Positions 1 through 11,674 of a DNA stretch of 64,000 nucleotides are shown piece after piece. The stretch spans positions 607,722 to 671,721 of the forward strand of contig NMRA01000209.1 of the NCBI GenBank assembly GCA_002633005.1, in the 5' to 3' direction. Every line of letters begins with the position of its first letter. Within the stretch, counting starts at the first letter, position 1. The notes beneath the pieces are model-generated. The model saw only the letters and a program-made list of their open reading frames with translations. It was not told where the DNA came from and ran no database searches. Origin of the DNA: Phoronis australis (Eukaryota > Animalia > Phoronida). A program made the position numbers and the translations under genes.

Positions 1-656
1 GCATGAAAAACATTGCGCAAAGAGCTCAACCCAAAGTGATGCAATATATATTCTGCCTCGTGGAGTATCACTTCATGTACGCCAATCGAGGTACCTTTTG
101 TATATATCCCATGCGCTTCGAATTCCTAAGTTTCTTTCATTTTTCCGTAGATTTTTAAATACTTCACTCAGACTGTTCACGTGGCAGATCACATCCTATA
201 TGTATGTACTTGCACGTTAGCCTGCAAGTTTTCTCTAGTAAAAGAAACAGTTTTAAATGCGACGATTTATTACTTGAAAGAGGTAACAAAGATGAAAGCA
301 CGGATAACTTTTCATTGAACATGTAACATCTCCTGAAAATGGTTAAATAACAACAATATTTGATATTGTAGTTATCGAGGAATCGGCAGCTGAGTTGCAG
401 ACGAGAAAATATTTAGCAAACGAAAACTGAGACAGAACTGTCATCTAATTAACAGTCCTGTTCCAGATGTTACGATTGAGACCCGATTGTATGTTGAGCG
501 TTATTGACAGTGCTATAATTGCACTACTTTAAACTATTTTCCAAAAGTTTGGTGATCGAACAGGCTAACGACATCGAGTCCACATTGACCTACTTTTTGA
601 ACTTTCCATGTCAGAGGTCACTGTTGAAGTAGTGCGGGACGTGAATTCGGGAAAAT

Positions 657-826
657 TTATTACATGGCCGTATATCCCTCGACTGATTCAACGCGTATGG
701 GATAAGCTATCATATTTCTTCTAACTTTAGTGTATTGTGTGCACAAGAAGAGATTATGGCGAGAATGAAGACATTCGTATTCAACGCGCGTTGAATATGG
801 AAAAGTAGGTCCTCGATCCATAATAA
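657..826. repeat. Possible old non-autonomous element with internal palindrome
   Basis: Ends TTTATTACATGG...CCATAATAAA form an imperfect inverted pair; internal palindrome TATTCAACGCGCGTTGAATA at ~778-797. Confidence 0.3.
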
Positions 827-1544
827 ACTTCACAATACAACCCGTATTTCATGGCCATACTATCATGCGTATAGAATGAAACAAAAATATACAATCCTTA
901 TTAAACATCAGTTGTAATATCCTGAGCATTGCCCATGAACAACACGCAAATAAATGTTATTCCAGTTGTATGGATCGGCAATATGTTTTAGGCCATACTA
1001 AAGATTCAACTTAACCAGCGAGTGAGTCGTGTGATACTGTCTGATATTAACAGGGTAGTGACAGAAAAAAATCTGGAAAATGGTGTAGCCGATGGCTTCT
1101 TTGCTCACCAGCATTAGGTACTGTATATTAGTATCTCCCTAATTTAACACTGCCAATCAGTTTTATCCGTCGCATTTACTGTACCAAAAACCGTTAATCG
1201 AAATTTAACATATTCAGTTCAGTCAATGCCTATCGCTAATTAATCTACAGCTTGGGGCCCGACACAAAACCGGGGCCTCACCTCGTACGACAGGCCCTAA
1301 AAGGCCTATCAACAATTTCGTCCGGGGAGACCTGGAGCAGAAACTTGGAACACGTGGTGAAAACAGATGAGTGTAGCTGAACAATTAACTCAACGGGAAA
1401 TTGTGGCGGACGCGGAGGAGATCAAGGGGAGGCTGTGGTGACCAGGGCCACCACACTTCCTATATCCTAATCACCCTGAGAAACTTTTTCACTGTGATAT
1501 ATATTTATTGAAGGATAAACAGAACATACAAAGAAATAATAACA

Positions 1545-1577
1545 AACCCAGAAACCGCGAAGCATTATATCTGGGTT
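1545..1577 (-). other. LINE 3'-UTR stem-loop (putative RT recognition signal)
   Basis: AACCCAGA...TCTGGGTT 8-bp stem ~40 nt from the 3' end; the same stem and the TATAATGC segment recur at 61834-61867. Confidence 0.75.
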
Positions 1578-1714
1578 GTAAACAATTCATAAATGAAACT
1601 TATATACATAGAGGTATATACAATTAAGTAGTATCTAAAATAAGTATTCCAATACTTAGACATGCTATTACAGATATATAAAAACAAAAATATTTACAGA
1701 TTCATGTAGGGAAA

Positions 1715-4700
1715 TCAGATGCAACAATATTGATAAACGGTATATAAAAATTTGCTAACGTTGCTTAGGAGGAATTCGTTAAGAACAAAGTCAAGGTTAG
1801 GACTACCATTCAGTAATAATGTAACTCTAGTAGGGATATTATTACAAGAATTGAGAGCGTTAACAACTGATTGGTTATCATTGAGTGCACGAAAGAGTGA
1901 GTCTCTCAGGGATTCGATGAGGGGACATTTGAAGAAAATATGAGGATAAGATTGATGGTCACCACATTTACAGTTTGGAGATACATTACTAAAGTTGTGC
2001 CTGAACTTGTCAGAGTTGAGGAAAAGGCCACATCTTGATCTGTACAATGCTATTTCGTTATCGCGGGTAAGGGAGAATTGAGTCAAGGGTGTTGAGTTAT
2101 CAAAATTATGAAAAACAGTTCTAAAATTATTTTTTATACTCGTAAAAGAGTTGCTTTCCTTAACAGAGACTGGAAGAGAATTCCAGTTGTTGATGCACAT
2201 CATGACTGTAGACCTTCTGAATGCCTGACTGAACGACGGAGGAATTGCATATGGGGTGGAGAATCTCAAATCACTACGATGGCCTTGTCTAATATATAGA
2301 TCAAATATTTTTTTGACAGACACGTTGTTGACATTGTTTATTACCTTGAACGTAAATGTGGTCATGTGAAGATTGCGTCGAGTAGACAGTTTGGGCCACT
2401 TGAGATTATTCAAAACCTTAACACTATTGGATCCCCTGTAAGCTCCAGTTATGAGTAAGGCGGCTTGATATTGTAACTTCTCCAAATGTTGGAGTGCACC
2501 CGTATTGGCAGACTGATATATAATATCACAATAATCAATGTGTGGAAGTACAAAGGACTTGAACAAAACTTCTAAATGTGTAGAATTCAGATGACGAGAG
2601 ACAAGCTTAAGTGGGTTAATTAGTTCCTGAGTTTTTTGTACGAGCTCCCGAACGTGAGGGGTGAATGAGAGTTTTTCATCTAACAGTATACCCAGATGTC
2701 TGTGCGACTGTTTTCTAGGAATGATTTCATCATTAAGTTTAAGGTCATAAGACGGGTCAACAAGGAAGAGAGCATTAATAGATTTGGAGAAGGTAAGGTC
2801 AACGCTTTTTTCTGGTTTAAAATTCATTCTCCATTCTTGTGACCAATAGCTTAGTTTATTTAAGTCGTGTTGAAGCTGCAAAGAACATTCAGGGCTGCTC
2901 CCTGCGAAGGGGTAAAAAAGCGCCGTGTCATCTGCATAAAGGTATGTGCTACATGACAGGTTATCAGGAAGGTCATTAATATAAACCAAGAAGAGAAGAG
3001 GGCCCAATACGCTACCCTGCGGTACACCTGCGTTTACAAATCCAGGATGGGATAAAATTGAAAGTACGCCATCGACACGAACACTGTATGTTCTTTCGGA
3101 GAGATATGAGGTGATCATGTTTAAAAGATTACCAGTAATGCCATAGGATCGAAGTTTGTGAAGTAGAAGGTCGTGAGGGACACAGTCGAAAGCAGAAGCT
3201 ATATCTAGAAAAATGGACCTGACACTCTCTCCCTTCTCAAAATGTAAATGAATCTCATGTACTATTTCAACAAGTTGTGCCACGGTGCTGTTCCCACGCA
3301 AAAAACCAAATTGACGATGATAGATCAAGTTGTTTTGTTTGAGAAATGTAAGAATACTTTGAGCAATGATCTTCTCAAAGATTTTGGACAGGGTGTTAAG
3401 TAATGTTATTGGGCGATAATTTGAAATTTCAGTTTTGGAGCCTTTTTTGTGTATGGGGACCATAATTCCATGTTTCCAAGAAGACGGATAAATGCCTAGC
3501 TGAAGAAGTTTGTTAAACAGATTGGTCAGGGGCATGGTAATTTCGTTGGCAATCATTTTGATCATCTTGCTGGTTATTAAAGCTGTGCCATCATTCTTAT
3601 TGGGGTCAATTTCATTGAGATACTTCCGGACATCAGTTTGATTAGCCGGGATGTCAGACAGTTGATTGAGACAACGTTCACGAAGAAAGGGAAAGTTACT
3701 TACTTCAGTTGGTGTAATGTGGCTTTTGTTCGTGAAAAATTTGAGAAACAAATCACACTTGTCACTACTACGTGAGGCTAGGTTACCATTATAGTTGATG
3801 ACAGGATAGGAGGATTGCTGTTGACTGCCGCGTATTTTATTGATGATGTTCCAGTATTCTTTGGAATTCTTGCTTGCGCTGTTAATTTGTTGAAAAAGCT
3901 TGTGTCGGTGATCAGCTTTGGCTTGATTTACTAAAGTTTCAACCAGACGTGACTGCTCCTTGTATCTGTTGTAGATTATAGTGTTGTTAGATCTTCTGAA
4001 AGAGCTGTAAAGTCTGTTTCTTGTGCGGATTGCCCGTTTAACATTACTGTTGAACCACGGTTTGCTGTTGTGTTTAATTATCTTTTCAGTTGATGGGATG
4101 TTGTTTTTTAAGATTTCATAGAGAGTACTAGTGAAGAGTGAAACAGTGTCATCAATGTCGCCAGTGTTCAATATGGAATCCCAGTCAGTGTTGGTGATAT
4201 CCTGACGCAGTTTATCGGTGTCGACCTGATCATATTTCCAGTTGGTTCGAGTGGTGTGTTGCTCTTTAACCGGTTTTTTAAGTGTTAGAGTGGTTTCGAT
4301 AGTGTGGTGATCAGAATTGCCAACAGGAGGTAGTACAGAACATGAGTCAATGATACTCAAATTGTTTGTTATACACAGGTCAATACATGAATGAGAAACG
4401 TCGGTGATACGGGTTGGCTCATTAATTAGTTGTATGCAGTCATTAGACAATAAAATATCAAACAATTGTAGTCCGGCCGTATTGTCATGATCATCATTGT
4501 ACCATGTAGAGTTTCGGGCATTGAAATCACCATTTATGATTATACTAACGCTATTGCGGTTAAGTTCCGCTAACTGATCGGCTAGGGCTTTGAAGTAGAG
4601 TTTTCTTTCAGTTGGAGATTGAGAAGGTGAGCGATAAAACAACCCATAGTAAATTTTTCTGTGATCTACATAAATTTCGATCCAGCAGTTGCATAACTGA

Positions 4701-5071
4701 GGACAAGTTATGCTAGGACATAATTTAAATGAGAGTGTGTTTTTAGTGAATAAGATGATACCACGGCCACTGTTACTGTGATACGCTACACTGTAACCAG
4801 GAATGATTAGTTCATTATCAAGGTCGTATTTGGTAACATTACAAGTTTCACAAAGAGCGACAATCATATAATCGTAAGACAGAACAAAGTTTTTTAGAAG
4901 TTGGAATCTGGAGAAATTGTTGGTTTTAATACTGTTAACATTTGAAAATAAGATTTTAAAGGTAGTATTGTCTTCAGGCCCAGGATTTTCTTCAACATCG
5001 CCAGCTAAAAGGAGGCACAGTGACGATTCCGTAATCCATACACGTGTTATATAAACAATAGTAAGACACAT
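1715..5071 (-). CDS. LINE ORF2-like polyprotein: 2A-like peptide + APE endonuclease + reverse transcriptase + CCHC zinc finger
   Basis: 1118-aa uninterrupted ORF. APE motifs: ILFSNVNSI, LCET, GDFNA, IDL, SDH. Linker KPWFN. RT motifs: NYRPITLL, QFGF, FLDIASAFD, GVPQGSVLGPLLF, YADD (2927-2938), HLGILLD. C-terminal CKC...H...C. Confidence 0.97.
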   Translation of the reverse strand: MCLTIVYITRVWITESSLCLLLAGDVEENPGPEDNTTFKILFSNVNSIKTNNFSRFQLLKNFVLSYDYMIVALCETCNVTKYDLDNELIIPGYSVAYHSNSGRGIILFTKNTLSFKLCPSITCPQLCNCWIEIYVDHRKIYYGLFYRSPSQSPTERKLYFKALADQLAELNRNSVSIIINGDFNARNSTWYNDDHDNTAGLQLFDILLSNDCIQLINEPTRITDVSHSCIDLCITNNLSIIDSCSVLPPVGNSDHHTIETTLTLKKPVKEQHTTRTNWKYDQVDTDKLRQDITNTDWDSILNTGDIDDTVSLFTSTLYEILKNNIPSTEKIIKHNSKPWFNSNVKRAIRTRNRLYSSFRRSNNTIIYNRYKEQSRLVETLVNQAKADHRHKLFQQINSASKNSKEYWNIINKIRGSQQQSSYPVINYNGNLASRSSDKCDLFLKFFTNKSHITPTEVSNFPFLRERCLNQLSDIPANQTDVRKYLNEIDPNKNDGTALITSKMIKMIANEITMPLTNLFNKLLQLGIYPSSWKHGIMVPIHKKGSKTEISNYRPITLLNTLSKIFEKIIAQSILTFLKQNNLIYHRQFGFLRGNSTVAQLVEIVHEIHLHFEKGESVRSIFLDIASAFDCVPHDLLLHKLRSYGITGNLLNMITSYLSERTYSVRVDGVLSILSHPGFVNAGVPQGSVLGPLLFLVYINDLPDNLSCSTYLYADDTALFYPFAGSSPECSLQLQHDLNKLSYWSQEWRMNFKPEKSVDLTFSKSINALFLVDPSYDLKLNDEIIPRKQSHRHLGILLDEKLSFTPHVRELVQKTQELINPLKLVSRHLNSTHLEVLFKSFVLPHIDYCDIIYQSANTGALQHLEKLQYQAALLITGAYRGSNSVKVLNNLKWPKLSTRRNLHMTTFTFKVINNVNNVSVKKIFDLYIRQGHRSDLRFSTPYAIPPSFSQAFRRSTVMMCINNWNSLPVSVKESNSFTSIKNNFRTVFHNFDNSTPLTQFSLTRDNEIALYRSRCGLFLNSDKFRHNFSNVSPNCKCGDHQSYPHIFFKCPLIESLRDSLFRALNDNQSVVNALNSCNNIPTRVTLLLNGSPNLDFVLNEFLLSNVSKFLYTVYQYCCI
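4976..5071 (-). other. 2A-like ribosomal-skipping (StopGo) peptide
   Basis: Residues 1-32 end in LLLAGDVEENPGP, an exact match to the D(V/I)ExNPG-P consensus with the usual leucine-rich upstream tract. Confidence 0.92.
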
Positions 5072-5243
5072 CGGTAAGCTGAACCCGCATAGCGTGATAT
5101 CTCATTCGATGCCGGTGAGAGGAATTGAACTGTGACCATGAGGGGGAAAACATTGTAAGACCAGAGAAACTCTAGTCCCTTAGTCAGCTGATAGCCAGTC
5201 CTGGGGTGTTTAGATGCTGGTGTCCCTCATTCTCCACCCTATA
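5072..5243 (-). other. Structured 5' leader of the LINE (candidate cis-acting RNA)
   Basis: Several complementary segment pairs within ~170 nt: 5224-5230/5138-5144, 5207-5211/5148-5152, hairpin 5156-5182, 5184-5189/5077-5082, 5116-5120/5100-5104. Confidence 0.55.
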
Positions 5244-7501
5244 GATATACAGTGAAAGATGTCATCTCTTACCAGAATTGAAACATTGGAACCAGACCCT
5301 TTTGAAAGTAAAGATATGTCAATGATTTGTATACGACCTACACTGTAAAACATGACCAGTTGAGCAGGTAAACGTAATGGACATAAGGTTTATAGGTAAC
5401 ACTACATGTACTGTCATTAGTCATCTGAATTTGCTTTGAGCTGCAGATGTCAGTATAGCCATAGCTGGAACCTTCAGGTATGTTTACAACATCTAACATT
5501 TCATCGTTACGATGCTTCAGTCTTCTATTTCTCAGACCATCATCAACTAAAAACAGAAGATATGATGATGGTCAGAACAAATGACAGGCCGAGACGTCTT
5601 TCGGGAGGCAGGTAAAAGCAGATCTGAAAATTGCAACAGTGTTTGATTGCACATCACCTCTTCCGTACATTGAAAAGTCCATTACAATATACATTCTGGT
5701 TGTTTTTACTACAAGTTGTAGACTCATTTGAATTATTGCACGATATGTTGAGAAACGCCGAGCTTCCATGTTCATCCTGGAGTTCATTTTTTGCTTCTGG
5801 ACTACTGTACTCCCTCAGTGATCAGTGACCCGTAAAAACTAGGTAGTATTCCCCGTCACAGTGGGTCCCCTGTCTCAAAAGATTCAGTTTGCAATTGACA
5901 TTCAATAGTGCACGGTGGTTTAAATTTCTTACGCTAACTTATTGAATGTTAATACTTCTATTCATTTGAAAGAGCAGAACAGTAAATTGCTCTGCTATGA
6001 GGGGCCGACAAGCATCATGGTGTGTTGATTTCATAAATACTGAGCACCAGCCACACGAGTTGTACTTAAAATAAGATTTGACTATTGGAGAAATTGCTTA
6101 ATCCTGTCGGTATATCCTTTTTTGTCGCAAATATATCGGAAGGACTTCTGTGCTTTGTGAATGAGCGTGTGTCAGCCAGGATATGTCCAGGATAGCCTAT
6201 GCTACATCCAAGTGATAGGTATCAATCAAGACATACACGTGCATATCGTTATCCACGCATGTTTTCACATAATGATACAAAACATGGGGTCGGCTTTCAG
6301 ATGTAGTGTGTCACTTTTTGAGAAGATCTGCGATTTGAAAAAATAACGACAAAATGGAGGGCCTTCATTTCCACCAGTTACTCACTCTGATAGAGATGGA
6401 TTACATGTATAACCGCAAAAATATAAATACGTTTCAATTATTTTTTCTATACTTTTACGTATATATAAGTTGTATTCAGTCACAAAATTATTCTTAATTT
6501 CTCTTTTTATCACTCATATCCTCTTTGGTGCATACTAATTACTAATACTACAAAAATGCTAAAGTTAAATGGCTTAGCCAGGCGGAAAATAGTCAAAATC
6601 CTCGTGGGTCAGTTTTGTGGTTGGCAGTTAAATTTTTAAGTGAAAGTGCACGGTGTGTTGACCATTCCACCTGAAAGTGCCAATAAGCCTAACGTTAAAA
6701 TAATCGGCAACATGCCATGCTGCTGCCTCTTCCTGCCTTCGCTCGCAGTGACTGTTAATACCCTTAGGCTACAACCACAAATTATAGTTATCGCCAATCT
6801 CTTCTGAATCGGCTGCCCAGCGAAGCTGACATCCGAGGGATAAAGATAAGTTCGTGAATAATCTGACAGACTTTGTGTTTAAACCACCCCGCAATATTTA
6901 CGCACTGGTGGCATGGCGTTATCAAACGTTGTTTTAAGAAGTTGTGGAGTTCCCTAATTCTCTTTCTTCTTTCCTTGTTTACACTTCTTGCTTACTCTAC
7001 TTATTTCTCCACTACGCGAGTGCGCACGCGCTACGCAAGCTCATTTTGAAACCGTGAACTGGAGTATCACGGGTTACTGATATTTACGCAAGGAACCCGA
7101 CCGGTAGTCGAGGTCACTTCCTGCTTCCTGACCTCAATAACCTTTCTGTGTCATTTCCCGGGTGCGTGTACCTCATCCCAGTGTCAGTTGCTCAACCATG
7201 ACTTAATGAGCGTGATAGCTTATGTATGCATAACATGCAATAATCACTGAACTGTAGAGTTATAAGTTCTTGAGAAAGTAGGATATATTTACTCCTACAC
7301 GAACAGATGCAAAACTTGACAAACTGCACGTGCTTGGGTTCGTGGCATTAGCACCTTCGCAATGAATACTTATTAGATGTGATCGCAAGGCAGTCTACTT
7401 TTGTCCAAGTTAATTTTGTCGATTAAAATAGAAGTTTTTCTGAAAATTACTCAAAAGCTTCTATAGTTTCCGCTCCAAGCAATTCAAAATCAATACGGGA
7501 T

Positions 7502-7658
7502 GGGGCGGATCCAGGATTTTGAGTTAAGGGTGGGAGAGGCAGGGCTGGGTATTAGTCAGGATTTTGCCGGTCCGACATGCGCACCCCCAAACTGTCAAAT
7601 GGAATCTGGGAGAATTTTAGGGGGGCCATGGCCCCCGTGCCCCCTAAATCCGCCAGTG
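7502..7658. mobile_element. GC-rich MITE (GGCGGAT...ATCCGCC termini), copy 1
   Basis: Terminal inverted GGCGGAT/ATCCGCC; alignable over its length, in reverse orientation, with 16549-16713. Confidence 0.75.
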
Positions 7659-10254
7659 GTAAAAGGTAGGGTTTATCAGCTTTAAGTAAAAACGTAATCC
7701 ATTTATACATGCATTTAATGCTTTGTGTCGTCCTAGGCAACGACACGTGCAGTAGTTCAAACTAGCTTCAATTTTTAATACATATTTATGTTCTGACCGT
7801 ATGATTTTTTCAAAAAATGGTGACGAGGATTGCATATTTCACTGTTTAAGTTCAAAAACAAAATGTGAATCGCCTTACTTGCTAAAGCAACACCGTTCTA
7901 CAAGTGCGCACCTGTATTCAATGAATAGTAAATTTCCTCGCTGAAAATACAACCTAGATAAGCAAATCATGTAATGGGCTGATTGAATCTATAAAAACTG
8001 AACTTAGATACTCCCTTGGAACAATTGCGTTTGACGTCAAAGTAGTAACAAATCATCTGTAATTAAAACGAAGAGGCCCACATTTGGAAGTGTTGGCAAC
8101 AGTGTCAAGATTGGTGACATTTCGACTGTTACATTAAGTTGTCAATATTTGTTTAAAATGACATTAATTTATTGTCGTAGTTTTGAAATGCTTGAAACAT
8201 ATTTGTGTGATATAGCAACAGGGTTTGCAATTTGAATAATTTTAGTTTTAGATAGAGAAAAGGTAATGTGCTTTTAAGTAATGTGGCAAAACAGCCCAGA
8301 CATACACGGGTTGTCCTTCACAGGTACATTAGCTTTCGAAATAAACTGGGCAACGCTGAAGCAAGACAAGTTTTTGACTCGCAAAACCGCGACTGAATAT
8401 TTGTTTTGTTTCGGCGAAAACACGTTTCAGTTCCGGCAAATTCTCGACAAAATCTCGACAGATGTTCCTTCATATAAGACTTACAGGCTCATTTACTGAT
8501 TAGCCTATTAGCGGCTAGACGTTTTAAAGTCGAATTAAATTATAATACGAAAACGACAAAAGTCATTTTAGTGCGACAAACACTTTACTAAATTGCCTAA
8601 TAATACTGACCAGACGATGGCAGAATCTGACAAAATATGTCTATTTAGTTTATTTTAAAAACTACTGTACTCAGTAGACACGTATACACTATTTACGAGT
8701 ATTATTGGCCGTGTAAAGTTGACTGGCGGTAATACCAGGCTTGACAAACATTTCGCTACAAATCTCCAATTTGGCATGGGTTCTCCCATACGTGAAAAAG
8801 GTCAAAGATACGAACGAGTTTTTTATATTAGAGGCCTTAGGTTATTCTTTAGATGTCTGTAAACCGTACGGATAGGCTCTGGCGTAAACAGATGTCCCGG
8901 TATGTATGAGGTACGGAAAACCCATTCAAGAATTCCTAATGGCTGATGGAGCTGTGGCGGGACTTTTTTCCCCCTTCTGAGTAGCACGAGACTTCAAATA
9001 ACTGGTAACGTCAGAGACTATCCATACGGTTCCTTCTGCCTCAAAACTGATTATTTCCAAGAGCACTTAGCACGTGCTTCAAAACAGATCACGCGTAAAA
9101 TCAAACCGCCTGTTCGACGCGAATGTTTTTGCCTCGTGTTGCGCATAACGACTAATCACTTCTTTTGCAACTTGACGAATTTTTGTTACGCCGTTACATC
9201 GAAACAATTGATTAAGTGGATTTCGATTTAATTGAATTGGCTATGTTTTACCATTTTAATGTTCACTGGATTTGCGTGACTATGGGGATTAAATTGTAAC
9301 TCTTAGAATGGTTGCCAGACTACATCTGCATGTACACGATAATGTTAAATGCCTCTGTTATAAAAGCCTGGCAACGAATTGAATTGGTTTCCGATACGTC
9401 TATGGCATTCTGTAATCAGCTGGAAGCTTGCATTTAACTCAGTCAACGAGCAGAAGTAACATTTGGATTTTTTATCATTAAAGCAATTACAAACCTTAAT
9501 ACCAACATTAATATCATTAATTCAGTTTTAATATCGATAATGGTTGCCAACACTTACCCAGCGTGCTGCAGATTTCTTAGCTTTGCTGGAACAGACGCCT
9601 TTGTTCTTACGAATTCGAAATGTTTTCATTGTCGAACCTGCAGCTCTATTGCAAAAATTCTGTTTTTAAAGTATGGGATACTTTCCCATAATGCAGTCTT
9701 ATTTGTTAACTCATCCACGTGAATCAATTGTCTTTATATCATTAGGATGATTTCAAAAGTTTCATTCATTGTCTTCAGAATGGAAGAATGAGCTTGCGCG
9801 TACCAACCGACAGTCACCAGGAACACCTCGGATATTTCTGTAGCCTCGAATTTTCCCTCGGAGATCTTTCATTTCTGCCCATGTGAGACTTTTACTCATT
9901 AAAGCAAGTTGTGACGTCGGACACGAAGAGATACCGTAAGCCTACGGGAGGAAAGTGTCGCCTAAAATTGCACTCGTAAATTATGCTCGTCTAGCACTCG
10001 GGCTCGTAAAATGACCGTGAAACAACAAGCTTAAATATTTCGAAAGTTATGGTTATCGGGGACCTTATGAGAAAGGCTGTGTATTCAACAGCATATCAAA
10101 AAAACTGCAGAATTTAACTCAACACATGTATCTATTTTTTACAATAAAAACTGTGGAGTATGATTTTAGCCTTTATATTATATTACATTTACCAGTGTCT
10201 CGTGACCATGTCTTTTAAGCAAGATTTAGAAAAAAGTACTATAGATTAAATCGG

Positions 10255-11450
10255 AACTCAGCAAAAAGCAACCCAGTTGGTGTGACGATCAGCTAGAGTC
10301 GGCCAAGCGTGGTAAAATATGGTCCTTAAAACTATTCCTTAAGACACTGTCTCCTTTATCATAATGTGTGAGAAGAATCCTTTCGGAGTCCTGTTCAAAC
10401 AAAAGGGGAAGATCATGAAGACCAACTTAATGAAACTACATACATGGCATGATTAATTCAAAGATTTATTGAATCAAGATGTTACCTTCCTGACAACGCA
10501 AGAAATGATTGAACATGATAATTTCTGCGATAAGTGTACTAATAATTACCCATCTGATCTTATTATGGCTTTTTTATCGTCTATAGTATGCGAGGCTATT
10601 GAAGAATTGCCTGACGGCAAAGTCGGAGGTTATGATTGGGATGATATTTGAAATGCTGTAGAACAAAAACAAAAAACCGATTGTGCCAATTTTTCAAAAA
10701 CTATCTAATGCTGGATTTTATTTTAGGCTTACCCAAAGCTGGTGTGAAGCAATGCATGAGCGAGGTAATATCAACGATGAAAATAACTATAGAGTCATTT
10801 CCCTGTTGTCTGCTTTGGGAACACTTTTTACTACACTTTTCAATAATTGACTTAATCTTGGAGCTGAAAATAACGGTAAACTTTTTGAGACTCAAGTTGG
10901 CTTTAGAAATATGTATTTTACAATGGACCAGGTGTTTACATTTAAATCTTTGTGCCATAAGTATTTGAGTAAGCAGGGCGGTAGGTTTTATTGCGTGTTT
11001 ATTGACATCTCAAAAGCATTTGATCGTTTTCCTCGTAATTTTCGTTGATTGAAGCATGTTGAGGTGCACTGTAATAATTTCAGCACACTTCGTTCTATGT
11101 ATAGTAAATTGCACTCTAGGTAGATGATCTTACAATTTTTTGGAGGTACTGTTGGCACTCGTGTAACATGATAGCCTAGCAATGCATCTATTGTTGCGGT
11201 ACACTTTACTTAATAGCTTTGTTGTACTGGGACACTCTCATGTTTGAGAGGTTGATTTGCCTTGATATAATTAATATGTAGTTTAGTCTTACACTACGAC
11301 CTATAATTACAACTCGCACGATAAACAGTTGTCGTGTATTTGAAAGAAATCTTGGATTAGCTGTGCCATCGAACATTAATATCAAAAGAATATTGCAATA
11401 AGTGTCAAAAGTTAACTCTTTGCTGTATGCAGACGACATATGTTCCTCTA
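10255..11450 (+). pseudogene. Decayed non-LTR retrotransposon RT region (L2/CR1 group)
   Basis: Ordered remnants across frames: KQPSWCDD, IEELPDGKVGGYD, AENNGKLFETQVGFR, FYCVFIDISKAFD (~10985-11025), LLYADD (~11417-11437). Many stops and frameshifts. Confidence 0.85.
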
Positions 11451-11674
11451 TCGTCATCAATTTACTAAGAATTATAATTTTTGGCCCAATTTTGCCAATA
11501 TTGGGGCATGCATATGAACTTCAAGATATCCAAAGTGGTGGTTTTCCAAAATGTCGGTCTCCCAGAAGATGGGAGACATGGTTCCTTAAAAAAATTAGTA
11601 CAAGTTGGATCTCATTGTTAGTGCATTGCGTTGTTTATAACCCCAGCAGTTTCGTGAATAAAGGCGGGAATGAT

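Larger units (their letters stand above)
1502..5243 (-). mobile_element. Non-LTR retrotransposon (CR1/L2 group, Crack/Daphne-like), single intact ORF, ~3.74 kb
   Basis: Contains an APE+RT ORF. The 3' end has AATAAA (minus strand, 1504-1509) followed by a short TA tail. A direct repeat GATATA at 1496-1501 and 5244-5249 is the candidate TSD. The exact clade is inferred from domain architecture, not from a phylogeny. Confidence 0.92.

Noticed and set aside
5072-5243. HDV-like or hammerhead ribozyme in the LINE leader
   Set aside because: UUCCUC and CGAAUG resemble HDV L3 and J4/2, but I could not build P1/P3/P1.1 in the right order. No CUGANGA...GAAA hammerhead core is present.
5536-5611. Possible host exon (CTCAG...GCAG/GTAAAA) or LINE ORF1 remnant
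   Set aside because: Lies outside the TSD, has no recognisable protein similarity and no linkable neighbouring exons.
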